Positions 37,864-50,725 of a stretch of 64,000 nt of DNA are shown in pieces. The notes beneath the pieces were generated by a model. The model worked only from the letters and a program-made list of their open reading frames with translations. It did no database searches and had not been told where the DNA came from. The DNA lies in contig NC_092674.1 in assembly GCF_964355755.1 (NCBI RefSeq), positions 1,984,001-2,048,000 of the forward strand, written 5' to 3'. Origin of the DNA: Antedon mediterranea (Eukaryota; Animalia; Echinodermata). The translations under genes and the position numbers were made by a program. How positions within the stretch are numbered: the first letter of the stretch is position 1; each line of letters begins with the position of its first letter.

Positions 37864-40800
37864 CAACTATGGCAAATCCAACAGCAAAGATAAAGAAGGC
37901 AGCCATCACATACTGTAAATAATATAACATTTCAGGTAGCTTCCAAGGTGTGTTTATATTCCTAAGAATAAAAGCATAATAAATAAGCTTTAGAAATCAA
38001 ATCAAAGTAAATTACATATATTTAACATATTCTGGTTGCAATCCCATTTTTAGAGGGAAAAGTCACCAAAAAGAATCTTAAGCCTGTCGCACACTAGAAC
38101 TGGCACGAGTAACACTTGGCTCACTAAAAAATTTGCCGCAAACTGTGATCGCGTTCTATCGGACGCACACTAATTCTCCGGCGCACACTGTGAGTCAAGT
38201 GTTACTCGTGCCAGTTGGCTCAGTTGAGTGTGCGCCGGGCTTTAGAGATATGCAATAAAAACATATTTAACCTATATTTTTCTTTTCTGCTTCCCTGTAT
38301 CATTAGAAAAACGAACAAACCCAGCTCAATATTCAATAAGGCAGATGAAAAGAACTCCAAGATGTTAACAAAGCCCTGAAAATAACAAAATATTATGTTA
38401 TTGTATTCTATCATATCATATCATACCATTTATTTCGTCAGTACAAAAAAAAAAGAACAATACAAAAGTAAATCAATGAGGCCGGAAAACCTAAAAGTTA
38501 TAAATAAAAATAACCGTCGAGAGGCTCTCCACATCGAAATACTTACATAAAATGAATAATACATGCACAGTTTATTTCAAGAAACAATATTATTTTACAA
38601 CTTTATATTCAAAATATATTAAGCAATATTTTTGTTAATGTCCTTATTTTGTTTTGTTCCTTACCGTTGGATTTGTCATACACACAACACAAATGATGGC
38701 ATATATCATAAGGAACACTACAGGTTGGAAAACTCTGAAAAAAAATTAACACTTTGTTTATTAAAACTATTAGAACAAGTCACTTTAGTTTAGCATACAT
38801 TAAATTTAGATTTTTTTAAATGAAATGTACACTGTATGGTTTAACAACATTCCCTACATTAATAGCTAAAGAGAATTTGACAGGATTTGAACCCACGATT
38901 CTGGGTTTACAAGGCAAGCACCACTAAGTATTATACAGTAGCATCATGGAAGAGTAAAATCACACTCTTAACTTCTCTTAATTTTACTCTTCCCTGGTAG
39001 CATCTAATTTTTTTTAAATTAGCTGGGCTATATTGAAGTGAAACAAGTAAATGAAATACCTTAATTGCGTTACTCTGTGAAGTTTGTTAATTGCCTCATT
39101 ATCAGAAGACGTCTTCTTTCCAATCGTAGCCTCCAGTACACCTCCCACTAACAAGAAATCAAACATTCAAATTTATAAACTTCGACATTATTTGCAAATA
39201 CATTGAATACATCATCAACAAAAAAGAATTGTTTATATTTGCATACATACACATGTAATTATTATTTGCATACATACACATGTATTTAACATTTGCATAC
39301 ATACACATGTGTTTTATATTTGCATACATACACATGTATTTAATATTTGCATACATACACATGTGTTTCATATTTGCATACATACACATGTATTTAATAT
39401 TTGCATACATACACATGTATTTAATATTTGCATACATACACATCAATTTAATATTTGCATACATACACATGTGTTTCATATTTGCATACATACACATGTT
39501 TCATATTTGCATACATACACATGTGTTTCATATTTGCATACATACACATGTTTCATATTTGAATACATACACATGTATTTAATATTTGCATACATATACA
39601 TGTGTTTAATATTTGCATACATACACATGTGTTTCATTGCTGTGCCGTAAGTGAGGTAGGACACTGTCACGCTTACAGCTATAAATATCTGAATAGATTC
39701 TCCAATCCAACTAAATTCTGGAAAATCCTCAAGAATTATCTGAAAAAATCAATTATTTTTCTATTGTCAACTATCAGCCTAAAATTTAAAAATATTAAGC
39801 CAAAATATTAAGCCTAAATATTGAGTTATAAATATGATGGTATACACCTGAGAGCGCCTAGAATACAGTTCCAGGTAAAATGATGATATACTGTACATCC
39901 CTCAAAATCAAAAGAAAATACAAATCAATTACAATTTTACTTACAGAAGTCAATGGAACTGTAGCAATTTCACCAATTTCTTTTGATCTTTATCAAAATG
40001 TAAAATAAATCAAATTCAACATCAAACAAATCAAATCCATTTCAATTTATCTAATCCCAAATTTACATTCATAAAGCTATGTTATCTAAAACAGTATCAT
40101 AAACTATGTAATTGTTAATGTCTGTCTACACTATCAAAAATAATGTGATGTGCCCAAATATGGTAGTGATATGACATCATCATGCCCAGGATGGATTGAA
40201 GGAGGGAAAATAAAATTAAGTTAAGCACTTCATTTCACTACTTTTGGTAGTCTTTTACGGTATTTCAAAATCCTGGATCCGTCACTGGTGCCCAAATGTG
40301 TGAACATCATTTTTTTGTCACATAAAGTTTGATAGTGTAGACAGAGCTTTAAGGGTAAGAAATGACTATTTCACCTCTCTAATGAGTAGTTTGAGCATGA
40401 TGACAAGATGGTTGGCAATGGATGTTGCGTTGTCTCATTAACTACGACTGAATACATCGGAGAACATTCTGAATCAGTCTGAGGTACAATACGAAGAACT
40501 GCTAGCACCCTGTTGGTCAAAATATATGTGTTGTTTGTAAACATTGTTATTAATATAAATACAGTAACGTAGCCACAAGATATGGGGTTGTGCGGTTTTC
40601 ACAAGAAAATGGAACAATCAAACCAACCATGCAACATCAAAGACAATGAAAACACTGCTTGTGTTGTGTCAGATGTAAGAACTTCAGAAATAGTAGTTTT
40701 CATTTTCATTTTGTTTTGCTTTACTTGTTTCTCCACACTTCAACCATTCAAAAGTACAATATATTTTTATACATAAGAACAAAAAAACAAATACACCTGC

Positions 40801-43800
40801 ATACTGGAGGTCAAACAAACAAATGACCTGACCTGACCTTGAACTATATCATATGTCGTAAATTTGCTACAGATTGTATTACATCTAATAAATTCAAGGA
40901 TTGGTTTATTAGAAATCCTGAGCTTTCTGTTAGACTTAGGAAAAGAAAAGAATTTGTTGAGCCCCTATGTAAAACAAACCGATACTATAATAGCCCTATG
41001 CTTTATCTTACACGCCTCCTTAATGAGAGATACAGTAGGTTTTAACTCAGTAAAACTAAAGACATTTTTTGAAGATGTATAAATAAATTAAACATAATAT
41101 GTGAATATGTACAAATAAAATACTACTGTAAATAACTTAATAACTCCATAATTTTCAAATTTTCTAATTTTATCAAATTTCATAATCTTGTAAATAAATA
41201 ATGAATTTCCATATTTCCCTTATTTAATTAAATTTTTAAATTTGTAGATAAATTTTAGCTAAATTTGTATTTTTATGTATTTTTCTTGTGCAATATGTTT
41301 GATTCCACTTTATTTGTTCTTTGATTTCTATGTGCACTTTATATTCTGTTTTATGCCTGTTTTAAATGTTTTTATATAGTATCATGTAATTCATGCAATA
41401 AAATGAAATGAAATGAAAAAATTGTACAAATTGCAAACATACAATCACACTTACCACAGAACATTAAGCACCATGCACGTTGTCAACGCACTAAATGAAG
41501 CCAAAAAGAAACACCTTACCTGAAAGAAGGCAAAAAACATGGGTTTCAGATGCTAATAATTGAACAGTGTTACGGTGTTATGGACCTATTTATACTCCTG
41601 GGTGAGGGGGAAATACAAACAGACAGCTTACCTGTTATGGATCTATTTATACTCCTGGGTGAGGGGGAAATACAAACAGACAGCTTACCTGTTATGGATC
41701 TATTTATACTCCTGGGTGAGGGGGAAATACAAACAGACAGCTTACCTGTTATGGACCTATTTATACTCCTGGGTGAGGGGGAAATACAAACAGACAGCTT
41801 ACCTGTTATGGATCTATTTATACTCCTGGGTGAGGGGGAAATACAAACAGACAGCTTACCTGTTATGGACCTATTTATACTCCTGGGTGAGGGGGAAATA
41901 CAAACAGACAGCTTACCTGTTATGGACCTATTTATACTCCTGGGTGAGGGGGAAATACAAACAGACAGCTTACCTGTTATGGATCTATTTATACTCCTGG
42001 GTGAGGGGGAAATACAAACAGACAGCTTACCTGTTATGGATCTATTTATACTCCTGGGTGAGGGGGAAATACAAACAGACAGCTTACCTGTTATGGACCT
42101 ATTTATACTCCTGGGTGAGGGGGAAATACAAACAGACAGCTTACCTGTTATGGATCTATTTATACTCCTGGGTGAGGGGGAAATACAAACAGACAGCTTA
42201 CCTGTTATGGACCTATTTATACTCCTGGGTGAGGGGGAAATACAAACAGACAGCTTACCTGTTATGGATCTATTTATACTCCTGGGTGAGGGGGAAATAC
42301 AAACAGACAGCTTACCTGTTATGGACCTATTTATACTCCTGGGTGAGGAGGAAATACAACTTACCTGTTCTTTAACAGGTTCAACCTTACTGTATAGAAT
42401 AGGAAGGATATTTATAACACCACCTGAAAAAGAAAAGAAATAAAGTGTTTATCATAGTCTTAGTAGTACATATATCATAATGTATAATGTGCCCAAATAT
42501 GGTAGTGTAATGGCCAAATATGGTAGTGTAATGGTCAATTATGGTAGTGTAATGGTCAATTATGGTAGTGTAATGGTCAATTATGGTAGTGTAATGGTCA
42601 AATATGGTAGTGTAATGGTCAAATATGGTAGTGTAATGGTCAAATATGGTAGTGTAATGGTCAAATATGGTAGTGTAATGGTCAAATATGGTAGTGTAAT
42701 GGTCAATTATGGTAGTGATATGGGCACATCACATTGTCACATAAAGTATTATTTAATAAAGTAGCAGAAGCTGATTTATTTTGGTCTTGTTTGTCATATT
42801 TGTTAATGAAGTTTCTATTATTTTATGAATAAAATAAAATAAAATTAATGAAGTTTTTTCAAGTAGAGTATTTACACATCAATATGTTAATTAAATTTAA
42901 AAAATGAGTGATAACATACATTAACATGCTCACCTATTTCTATAAAGCCTTGTTTACACTATCAAACTTTATGACAATGTGATATGCCCATATATGGACA
43001 TGATGATGTCATATCACCACCTTATTTGACCATATCACTACCATTTGGGCACATCACACATTTTTTGTCAAAGTAGTTTGATAGTGTAGACAGCTTAGCG
43101 TCAAAAGTACTATACTTTGTCTAGAGGGCGCTTTAAAATTATTAAGATTGACGAGGTATATTCAGAGCGTCATTTCGACGATCGAGCATTCTCTACTTCT
43201 ACGGAGCGCCATGTATGCCTTTATTTACTTCCGAAATAGAAATAGTACTACGGTAACGGTTCAGTGCACCAAATTTAGCACCAGTGGAGCACAGTGATAT
43301 AAAATAGAAATAAGTCAAACTTTATGACAATGTGATATGCCTATATATGGACATGATGATGATGTCATATCACCACCTTATTTGGGCATATCACTACTAT
43401 ATTTGGGCACATCACACATTTTTTGTCAAAGTAGTTTGATAGTGTAGAGAGAGCTTTAGACTACAGCTTCTTGTTGTACTTTAACATATTTATTATTATA
43501 GAAACTATTTAAAGATGTATTGTCCCTTGAAACACAAAAAAATGAAGGTCAAAATATTCTAAATTTAAAGTGGCCATATCAAAGTAATATTAAAGTTATT
43601 CACTTTAAGTCAAAAATTTGAGCCAAAAACAACAAGTTTACGTAATTAACAGGTAAATTAGTTTGATTACATTTCATCTGGAAAATCGTCACGAGCGAAA
43701 GTAAACAAAGATTTCAAACCATGAGTACGCACTATGCATATGCTAAATTAGGATTGTTTACAACTCGTCACGGTTAAGAAGGTATTTTCACACAGATCAT

Positions 43801-46800
43801 GAGGAAGTTTTATGATTATGCATACAGAGTAGCCAAACAAGCGCGTTTCATTATGGGATTTGTTTTGATTGAAAACTTTGACTGGAAGTCAAAGTTATTT
43901 TTTTAACAAAAAAACTTCTGTATTTCAGTTAAAATTTTTTTTTTTTCGAAAAATTTTTGGTGATAGTTAATAACTATTATGATACTTCAAAATGACCCAC
44001 CTTTTTTCGAAATCTTTAATTTTTTATTTTTTTGGAATTAGTCAAAGGGACAATACATCTTTAAATTATAATATGTACCTAAAGCAACCGTTCCCATGAG
44101 AAAGGATGAGCCTATTTTACTGAAGTCATTAGTAATAGGGTTGCCCACCTCAGCACCAACTCCAGTCGTGGCTATCACCTGCAATAACAAAAACAACAAC
44201 TTGACTGCAATGACAACTCCTATTCAGTGAGGGGACAATCTACAGATGACACTTTGTTGGGTCTCAAAGGTGTCTCTAAGGCTTAGTTTCCACTAGAGAT
44301 GCAACACAAGGACGTAGCTCAACGTAAGTGAGTTGACCAATCACAAGCGATGGATTATTCGAACTGTCGCTTGTCATTGGTCAACACGCTTACATTGCGC
44401 TTGCGTTGCGTCATAGTGGGAACAAAGATTTAATAGGTGTTCTACTGTATATGCCAACACACAATTTATCAGCGATGTTATTAAACAAATAGATTACATA
44501 CCACTGCTACTAGAACACCACCTTTGAAGAGTGTCATCACTGATATAGTGACTTTGATTAAATCTCCCAGAAACACAATACTTAAGGCTAGCAACCAGAT
44601 GTAGAATGGGATTACATTCACATAATTCCTAGTAATCAAATATTATATAATGAAGTTAAATAAATTTGTATATGTCTTTGTACAGTATACTAAGTAGAAA
44701 GCCAGATCAACTGGAGAAGTGCTCAATACCATGGGTAGAGCTTAATACAATATAATACAATTGTTGTACAGTATATGTATTTGTTGACGAATTAAAACAC
44801 AGTGAATTATATAGACATACATATATAGAACATTGCATTGTGTTATTGAACTGGCTTATAAGATAGATTTAAACATTACGGTGTTTAAATATATGGGACT
44901 ACAATCAGCTACGAGCTACGCTAAGTGGAACCATTGGTACTATGTTAGTTTTCCAGTTGAACATTGAATTATCTATCATACAACTTCACAATTTTGACAA
45001 CATCATCTTTGAATTGTAGGCCTACTGACTATTATGTATATACCGTAAGCAATTTATTTGGTCAAACCAATGAAAAATGGTTTAAAATTAGCTTAACTTG
45101 TCAAATAAATGAAATAGAAATAGAAATAGAAATTGCAGTTTGTAGTGGGTTTGTATTTGTTATTCTCAAGAATGTGGTATGGTGAGGAGGGAGGACTTAC
45201 TCTATTCTGAAGAGCTGTGCAAAGGCTTCACTCCCAGCCAATGAGAAACCAATAATGGCTGCCATGCTATAAAGATAAAATAATTATTCTTTGCTTTAAT
45301 TTTATATCTTTTAAAAAATCATATTATATATTATACATTGTATATCCAATCCTATGATATCCTGATCAACATTTATTGGTTAAATAATTACAACTTTAAA
45401 AGTATTGTATTGACTGCCATGTCAAATGACTACTGTTGTGGAAGGAAAGGAACACCATAAAAATTCTTTTAAAATTAACATTTCGCAAACTTTACAAGAC
45501 CCATTTGACATACTACGCAATCCTGTGTATAGCAACATTGAAGGACTGAAATTCATTCATCTTTTTTGTTTTTTTTTAGTCTAACACTAACAGTGTACTT
45601 TAGGTATGACTATGATCTGCTAAATCTCTGTAAATTCAACTTAATTATTTGCCAAATAATTGCTCACAAAACTAGCAAAGGTTTGTTTGTGGATAAAAAG
45701 GTAAATTTGGAGTGCTTCATGGGTAGAAATCAACCACCTACTGCGACGGTTGTTGAATGATGCAATTACTATTTTGCAATGCATCGACTTAGTTTGCGTA
45801 ATGTTAATTTAAACAACAAACGGTACAATAAAACTCACAGAAGAAAGAACACAGATGCATCAAAGGGAATCCATAAATAATGCGGAAGGTACAATATACA
45901 CATACTGTGCAGATTTATTACGTTATCACTTTCTTCGTATCTTCTAATTTTACGGTTGACACCTAGGTAATGTGAACAATATTATTTTCAGTCAGTACAG
46001 TACTTTTGATGCTTAAGCTCTGTCTACACTATCAAACTATTTTGACGAAAAAGTGTGATGTGCCCAAATATAGTAGTGCTATGCCTAAATATAAATATAT
46101 AGTATTATGACATCATCATTTCCATGGGTACACCACATTTATTTGTCACATAAAGTTTGACAGTGTAGACTTTTAGACTGTAGAGTTTTATAGAATCTTT
46201 GTGAATAATGTACCATTGGATATCCACTGTTCTCTTCCTTTCTCTGACAACATCAACATCATTTGCAATCAATTTTCTGTTGAATTACAAACTACAATAT
46301 TTTTAAATTAATTTTATTTAATTTTTTTTTTTTATTTAATTTTTTTTTTATGGAAAACAAATTAACAGATACACATTTTGCTGTTGCATTATATTTTTCA
46401 ATGCAGCATTATTTTTTGTTTAAATTCTTGTTCTATGTGTGTACAGTAGTGGTGTAACTTGACAACAAACATGCAGGAATTTTACAATGATAAAAAAGAA
46501 AAAAAAATGAATTACTACTGACTACACTGTAAATATTATATAATGCTTTGGACTTACAAATGCGAGAATAGTAGTGTATCATTGGCCGTTACCAACACTG
46601 GCGATTGAAGAAACAAATGGGCAAGGGTGTGCAGGCTAGCCGACACACTTCTCTTGGCAATAGAGGGCGCCGCACTTGATGGATCCTCAATGGATACGAT
46701 GTCTCAAAATCAAATAGAGCAGATAAATTTTATTATTATTATATTTTAAAATTAATTATAAATTAGCCTAATTTGCTTTTTATTAGTCCAAATGCAATTA

Positions 46801-49800
46801 AGCACCAATGAATTAGCATGTGCTTCTTGTTGTTAAATTCATCTGGTTTTATAAACTATACCTATTTTCCTTGGGGTAAAAGTGGATTTTGATAGACTGG
46901 CTAACCAAGAGAAGTTTTGCTCGCAAACAAGAATTAGTAAGTAGGAAGTAGAACCCCTATTAAGGGGACACCCTTTGGGACCAAACGAAGTGTCACTGTT
47001 AGGGGTTGGATGGCCGTAACAGTAAAATTTGTTTTCTTGTTTGTTTCACCGGAAACTGTTCCCTTAGTAAAAGTGTCCCTTAAATAGAGGTGTCCTCTTA
47101 GTAGAAGTGTCTCTTGAATAGGGTGTCCCCTGAATAGAGGTGTCCCTTGAATAGGTGTCCTCTTAGTAGAGGTGTCCCCTAAAGCTTGGTTCCCACTGCA
47201 GACAAAATGCCAGCACTAGGACGCAATGCAAGCTAGTTGACCAATGACAAGCGACAGTTTGAATAACCCATTGCTGGTGATTGGTCAACTCACTTGCGTT
47301 ATGCTTACATCCTTGCGTTGCTTCCTAGTGAGAACCAATCTTTAGACGTGTCCCAAAGCAGGGTTTTCACTGTATTAATCAAGTCTAGACTATAAAACTG
47401 AGTGTACGTTAAACCCTCTTACCATCTGCAGCCTGTTCACCATTCTCATCTTCCTTCTCATCGTCATCATCCTCACTATGTAACTCATTCAATGGAACAG
47501 CCTCAAGATCTTTCTAAATATCAAAATAGTACATGAGTACACAGTGTCATACAAGAGTGTGGTTGGAAAGCAATTTTACAATATAATGTATAACAACACT
47601 GACTTCACTAGTATTTAAAACTATGGAAACATTCATTAGGAATAATATAATGGATTATATGGAAAGCAACAATTTGTTCACCAAAAGTCAACATGGTTTT
47701 CGGCCGGGTAGGTCATGTAATACAGCACTACTAGAAGCGATAAATCAGTGGACCAAATGGTTAGATGAAGGTTCGAGTTTCGATTGCGTTTTCTTGGACT
47801 TCAAGAAAGCTTTTGATAGCGTTCCACATAAGATTAATCAACAAGCTGAAATCATATGGTATAGGAGGAAACTTAGTGCAGTGGATAGAGGCGTTTCTTA
47901 CTAATAGATCACAGGTAGTTGTTGTAAATGGTGTTAGGTCAAACAGCAAAAGAGTAACAAGTGGAATACCTCAAGGAAGTGTTCTAGGACCACTGCTCTT
48001 CAACTTGTATATCAACGACCTTCCTGATCAAATCGATTCCGAGATAACAATTTTTGCTGATGACACCAAGATTTTTAGAAAAATAAATAATTTAGATGAT
48101 ACCAAAAAGTTACAAGATGACATTGACAAGCTGTTTAAATGGTCTATAAAATGGCAACTACCGTAAAAATCTAGTGCCATGCATTTTGGTAGGAAGAACA
48201 TTACATTTCAATACAAAATGGGCCATGCAGAAAACAAGAAACTGCTACAATAGGTCTCCAAAATGACAGATCTCGGGGTCGTAATTGACGATAAATTAAC
48301 TTTCGAATCCCATGTGGCTCAAGTTGCTATGAAAGCAAATCAAAAGCTGGGCATCATATATAGGTCTTTTGATTATTTATCCTGTCACTCCTTATCTCTT
48401 CTGTACAAATCGATTGTAAGAGTAAGACCATCCATGGAATATTGCAGTACTGTTTGGCAGCATGTTATTTTGAAGGAATCTGATAAGTTGGAAAAGGTTC
48501 AACAGCGTGCATCAAGAATGATAGCAGATTTATATCAGTATGAGTACAGTCAACGGCTTTCCAAAATGCACCTTCCTACTCTAGAATACAGAAGATTGAG
48601 ATCCGCAATGATTCAAGTATTCAAAATGTTCTACGGTTTCACTAAATGTAACAATGAGGATTTTTTTAGGTTAACCACTTAAGTGAGTAAACCTCGTACT
48701 CACTTAAGGATACGGCAGAAATTTTTTACAAACTCTATTATCGACACATGGAACAACTTGCCTCAGGATGTAATAAAAGCTGCAAATGTTAATCAATTTA
48801 AAAACCGACTAGAAAAGTTTTGGAAACACCACCCACTAAAGTTTTCCCCATAATGATAGAACATGTAATAGAATATACCGGAGGGACACACAAGCATTGC
48901 TTTAGATGTCCAAGATCAAGGTAAATCAAGGTAAAAACACTTACCTGTGAACTATTGAGCAGATAGGATTGAGCTTTTTGAAGCAAGTCTACAAAGAATA
49001 GAAGCCCAAGAGCCTAGGGAGTAAGAAAATACAACAAATTAAGAAGAAAGACCAACAGCCTAGGGAGCAAGAAAATACAACAAAAAAATTATGAAGAAAG
49101 ACCAACAGCCTAGGGAGCAAAAAAATACCACAGATTAAGAAGAAAAAACCAAGAGCTTAGGGAGACAAACAAATTACATCAATCATTTATAATAATTATG
49201 GTTTCTTGTTCAAAATTTGATTTATTTATAGATGAAATAGATAAAATATGATTTAGATATAGATGATAGGGTGATAGAAATGTTGTGTTGTGTTTATGAC
49301 ATAATGATGCTGACTTTGTAAAAAAAATAATGTTAATGATGATTTTGATATGATTATATAACGTACCTGCATTACATAACCCAACAAGAATGACACAAGG
49401 AATGGCGTGAACCCAGACTCCCCTGCAGTAACTGGTAATCCTAAAACAATAATTACAAAAAAAACACTTTTATTCAAAATTAAAATTTTTATAAACATGC
49501 ATTTTCATTAAAAAAAACAATACAAAAATAATATTAAAAAGTTTTTTTTTATGAAATATATTTTTTATTAAACTGTTTAATATTAATTTTAATTTTAAAA
49601 TGATGACAGAAGTTATTTAATACAAACCTAATATTCCAGTCCCCAAAATGGAAGCTATGGTCACAAAATCTGCAAGAAAAAAAAAATCAATGAAATGAAG
49701 GGTTATATATTGTTTAATAATTAATTAATATGTTAAATGCACTTTAAAAAAAGATTTGTTTTTACAACGAAAAGTATAGGGCCTAGGCACGGAAATACTT

Positions 49801-50117
49801 TCAAAATGCACATACGCACTTAAATACACAGTTAAAATTGCTCATAACACAATCAACAAAGACTAGAACCAAGGTCATTGAACAATGAGTATGAAATGAT
49901 TTAGCCTCAGAATGATGGAGACGTAGGCCGCGGGGCAGAGAGACACACTGAGTGAGTAGCCTAGCATACGTAGCATCTACAAACTTAACTATAAAATGTT
50001 ATAATATAGTCACTTACAACATTGTACATATATCCATATGTTTTTCCACGAATGTACATATTTATTTGATTTCTTAATTTCTCCATCTTCGGTATTTTCA
50101 TGTTTCTTGTAATCCAT
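37844..50117 (-). CDS. Amino-acid transporter, Trp/Tyr permease-like (AAAP/HAAAP), ~18 exons
   Basis: ATG 50117; exons 50018-50117, 49628-49669 (FVTIASILGTGILG), 49367-49440 (LPVTAGESGF), 48945-49013, 47423-47513, ~46558-46702, ~45838-45962, ~45201-45267, ~44502-44628, ~44079-44178, 42365-42423, ~41456-41519, ~40375-40509, ~39945-39986, ~39060-39147, ~38666-38734, ~38272-38375, 37844-37961; many TM segments. Inner borders approximate. Confidence 0.8.
38081..38241. mobile_element. Harbinger-type MITE family 3 (hairpin)
   Basis: agcctgtcgcacact...aactggcacgagtaacacttggctcac / gtgagtcaagtgttactcgtgccagtt...agtgtgcgccgggct, with TTA flanks. Confidence 0.7.
39235..39636. repeat. 27-bp minisatellite x~15
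   Basis: atatttgcatacatacacatgtgtttc. Confidence 0.93.
40835..41420 (+). mobile_element. 3' end fragment of a LINE (CR1/L2 group)
   Basis: RKFA..C...FKDWF...PLCKTNRYYNSPMLYLTRLLN followed by AT-rich UTR and aataaa-(atgaa)n tail. Confidence 0.5.
41572..42364. repeat. 57-bp minisatellite x~14 beginning at an exon donor
   Basis: gttatggacctatttatactcctgggtgagggggaaatacaaacagacagcttacct. Confidence 0.95.
42488..42745. repeat. 21-bp minisatellite x~11 within a MITE family 1 remnant
   Basis: aaatatggtagtgtaatggtc flanked by tgtgcccaaatatgg and atgggcacatcaca...gtcacataaag. Confidence 0.88.
43513..44060. mobile_element. Non-autonomous Kolobok-type element (548 bp)
   Basis: TTAA | AGATGTATTGTCCCTT ... 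AAGGGACAATACATCT | TTAA. Confidence 0.8.
46946..47375. mobile_element. pogo/Tc1-like MITE with internal aatagaggtgtcccc repeats and a nested family 2 MITE
   Basis: agtagaacccc...gggacac and gtgtccc...gggttttcactg-ta ends. Confidence 0.5.
47610..48850 (+). mobile_element. Degenerate CR1-group LINE RT fragment
   Basis: QHGFRPGRSC, FLDFKKAFDSVPH, SGIPQGSVLGPLLF..YINDLP, FADDTK, DLGV, LEKVQQRA; frameshifts and stops. Confidence 0.9.
48995..49165. repeat. ~45-bp degenerate tandem repeat x4 containing the exon acceptor
   Basis: aagaagaaagaccaacagcctagggagcaagaaaatacaacaaatt. Confidence 0.75.
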
Positions 50118-50725
50118 ATTTAATTTTAACAATAAAACGTCGTGATTTTATTTTTTTTTTCTCGTGTTGTTATAGCGCCACCTATCCTATCATTCATCAC
50201 TAGATTTTGCAAATCCAGGGGTGGGTGGCGCAGAATCCATGCACGTTTGGTTCCTGAGGAACACCGGTTTTTCTGTTTGCAAGAAGTACAATAATTTGTT
50301 TTTTGCTAAGTCAAAAAGGTGTGATTTTTTAGTGCGGGTACTTTTCATGAACCTCTCCGTGCTAAGCTAATTTAAGATAATATTGTACTAGGCCTAGCCT
50401 AATATCTAATAGTAATACTAAGTCTAACTCTAAGCTAAGTACTAACTAGGCCTAGGCCTAGCCCTAGCTAGGCCTAGAGGCTAGGGCTAGCCTATAGGCC
50501 TGCTGGAGTAAGTAGCATCTATCATAATTCTATCTAGCTAGGCATAAATAGGCTTTGTCAAGCTAGCTAGAGGGATCCATCATAGGGCCTATAAATATGA
50601 CCTAACTAGCTCACTACCTACTACAAGGTAGGCCTAGCCCTATTATTAAGCTAGACTTGCCTAGTAGTAGTAGTAGTACTTGGCCTAGGGTAGTAGATGA
50701 TGATTTTTTTTTCAGCTACTCAGCC

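Noticed and set aside
41550-42443. 297-aa and 271-aa repeat ORFs / CRISPR-like periodicity
   Set aside because: Head-to-tail 57-bp units with no unique spacers; eukaryotic intron; no cas genes.
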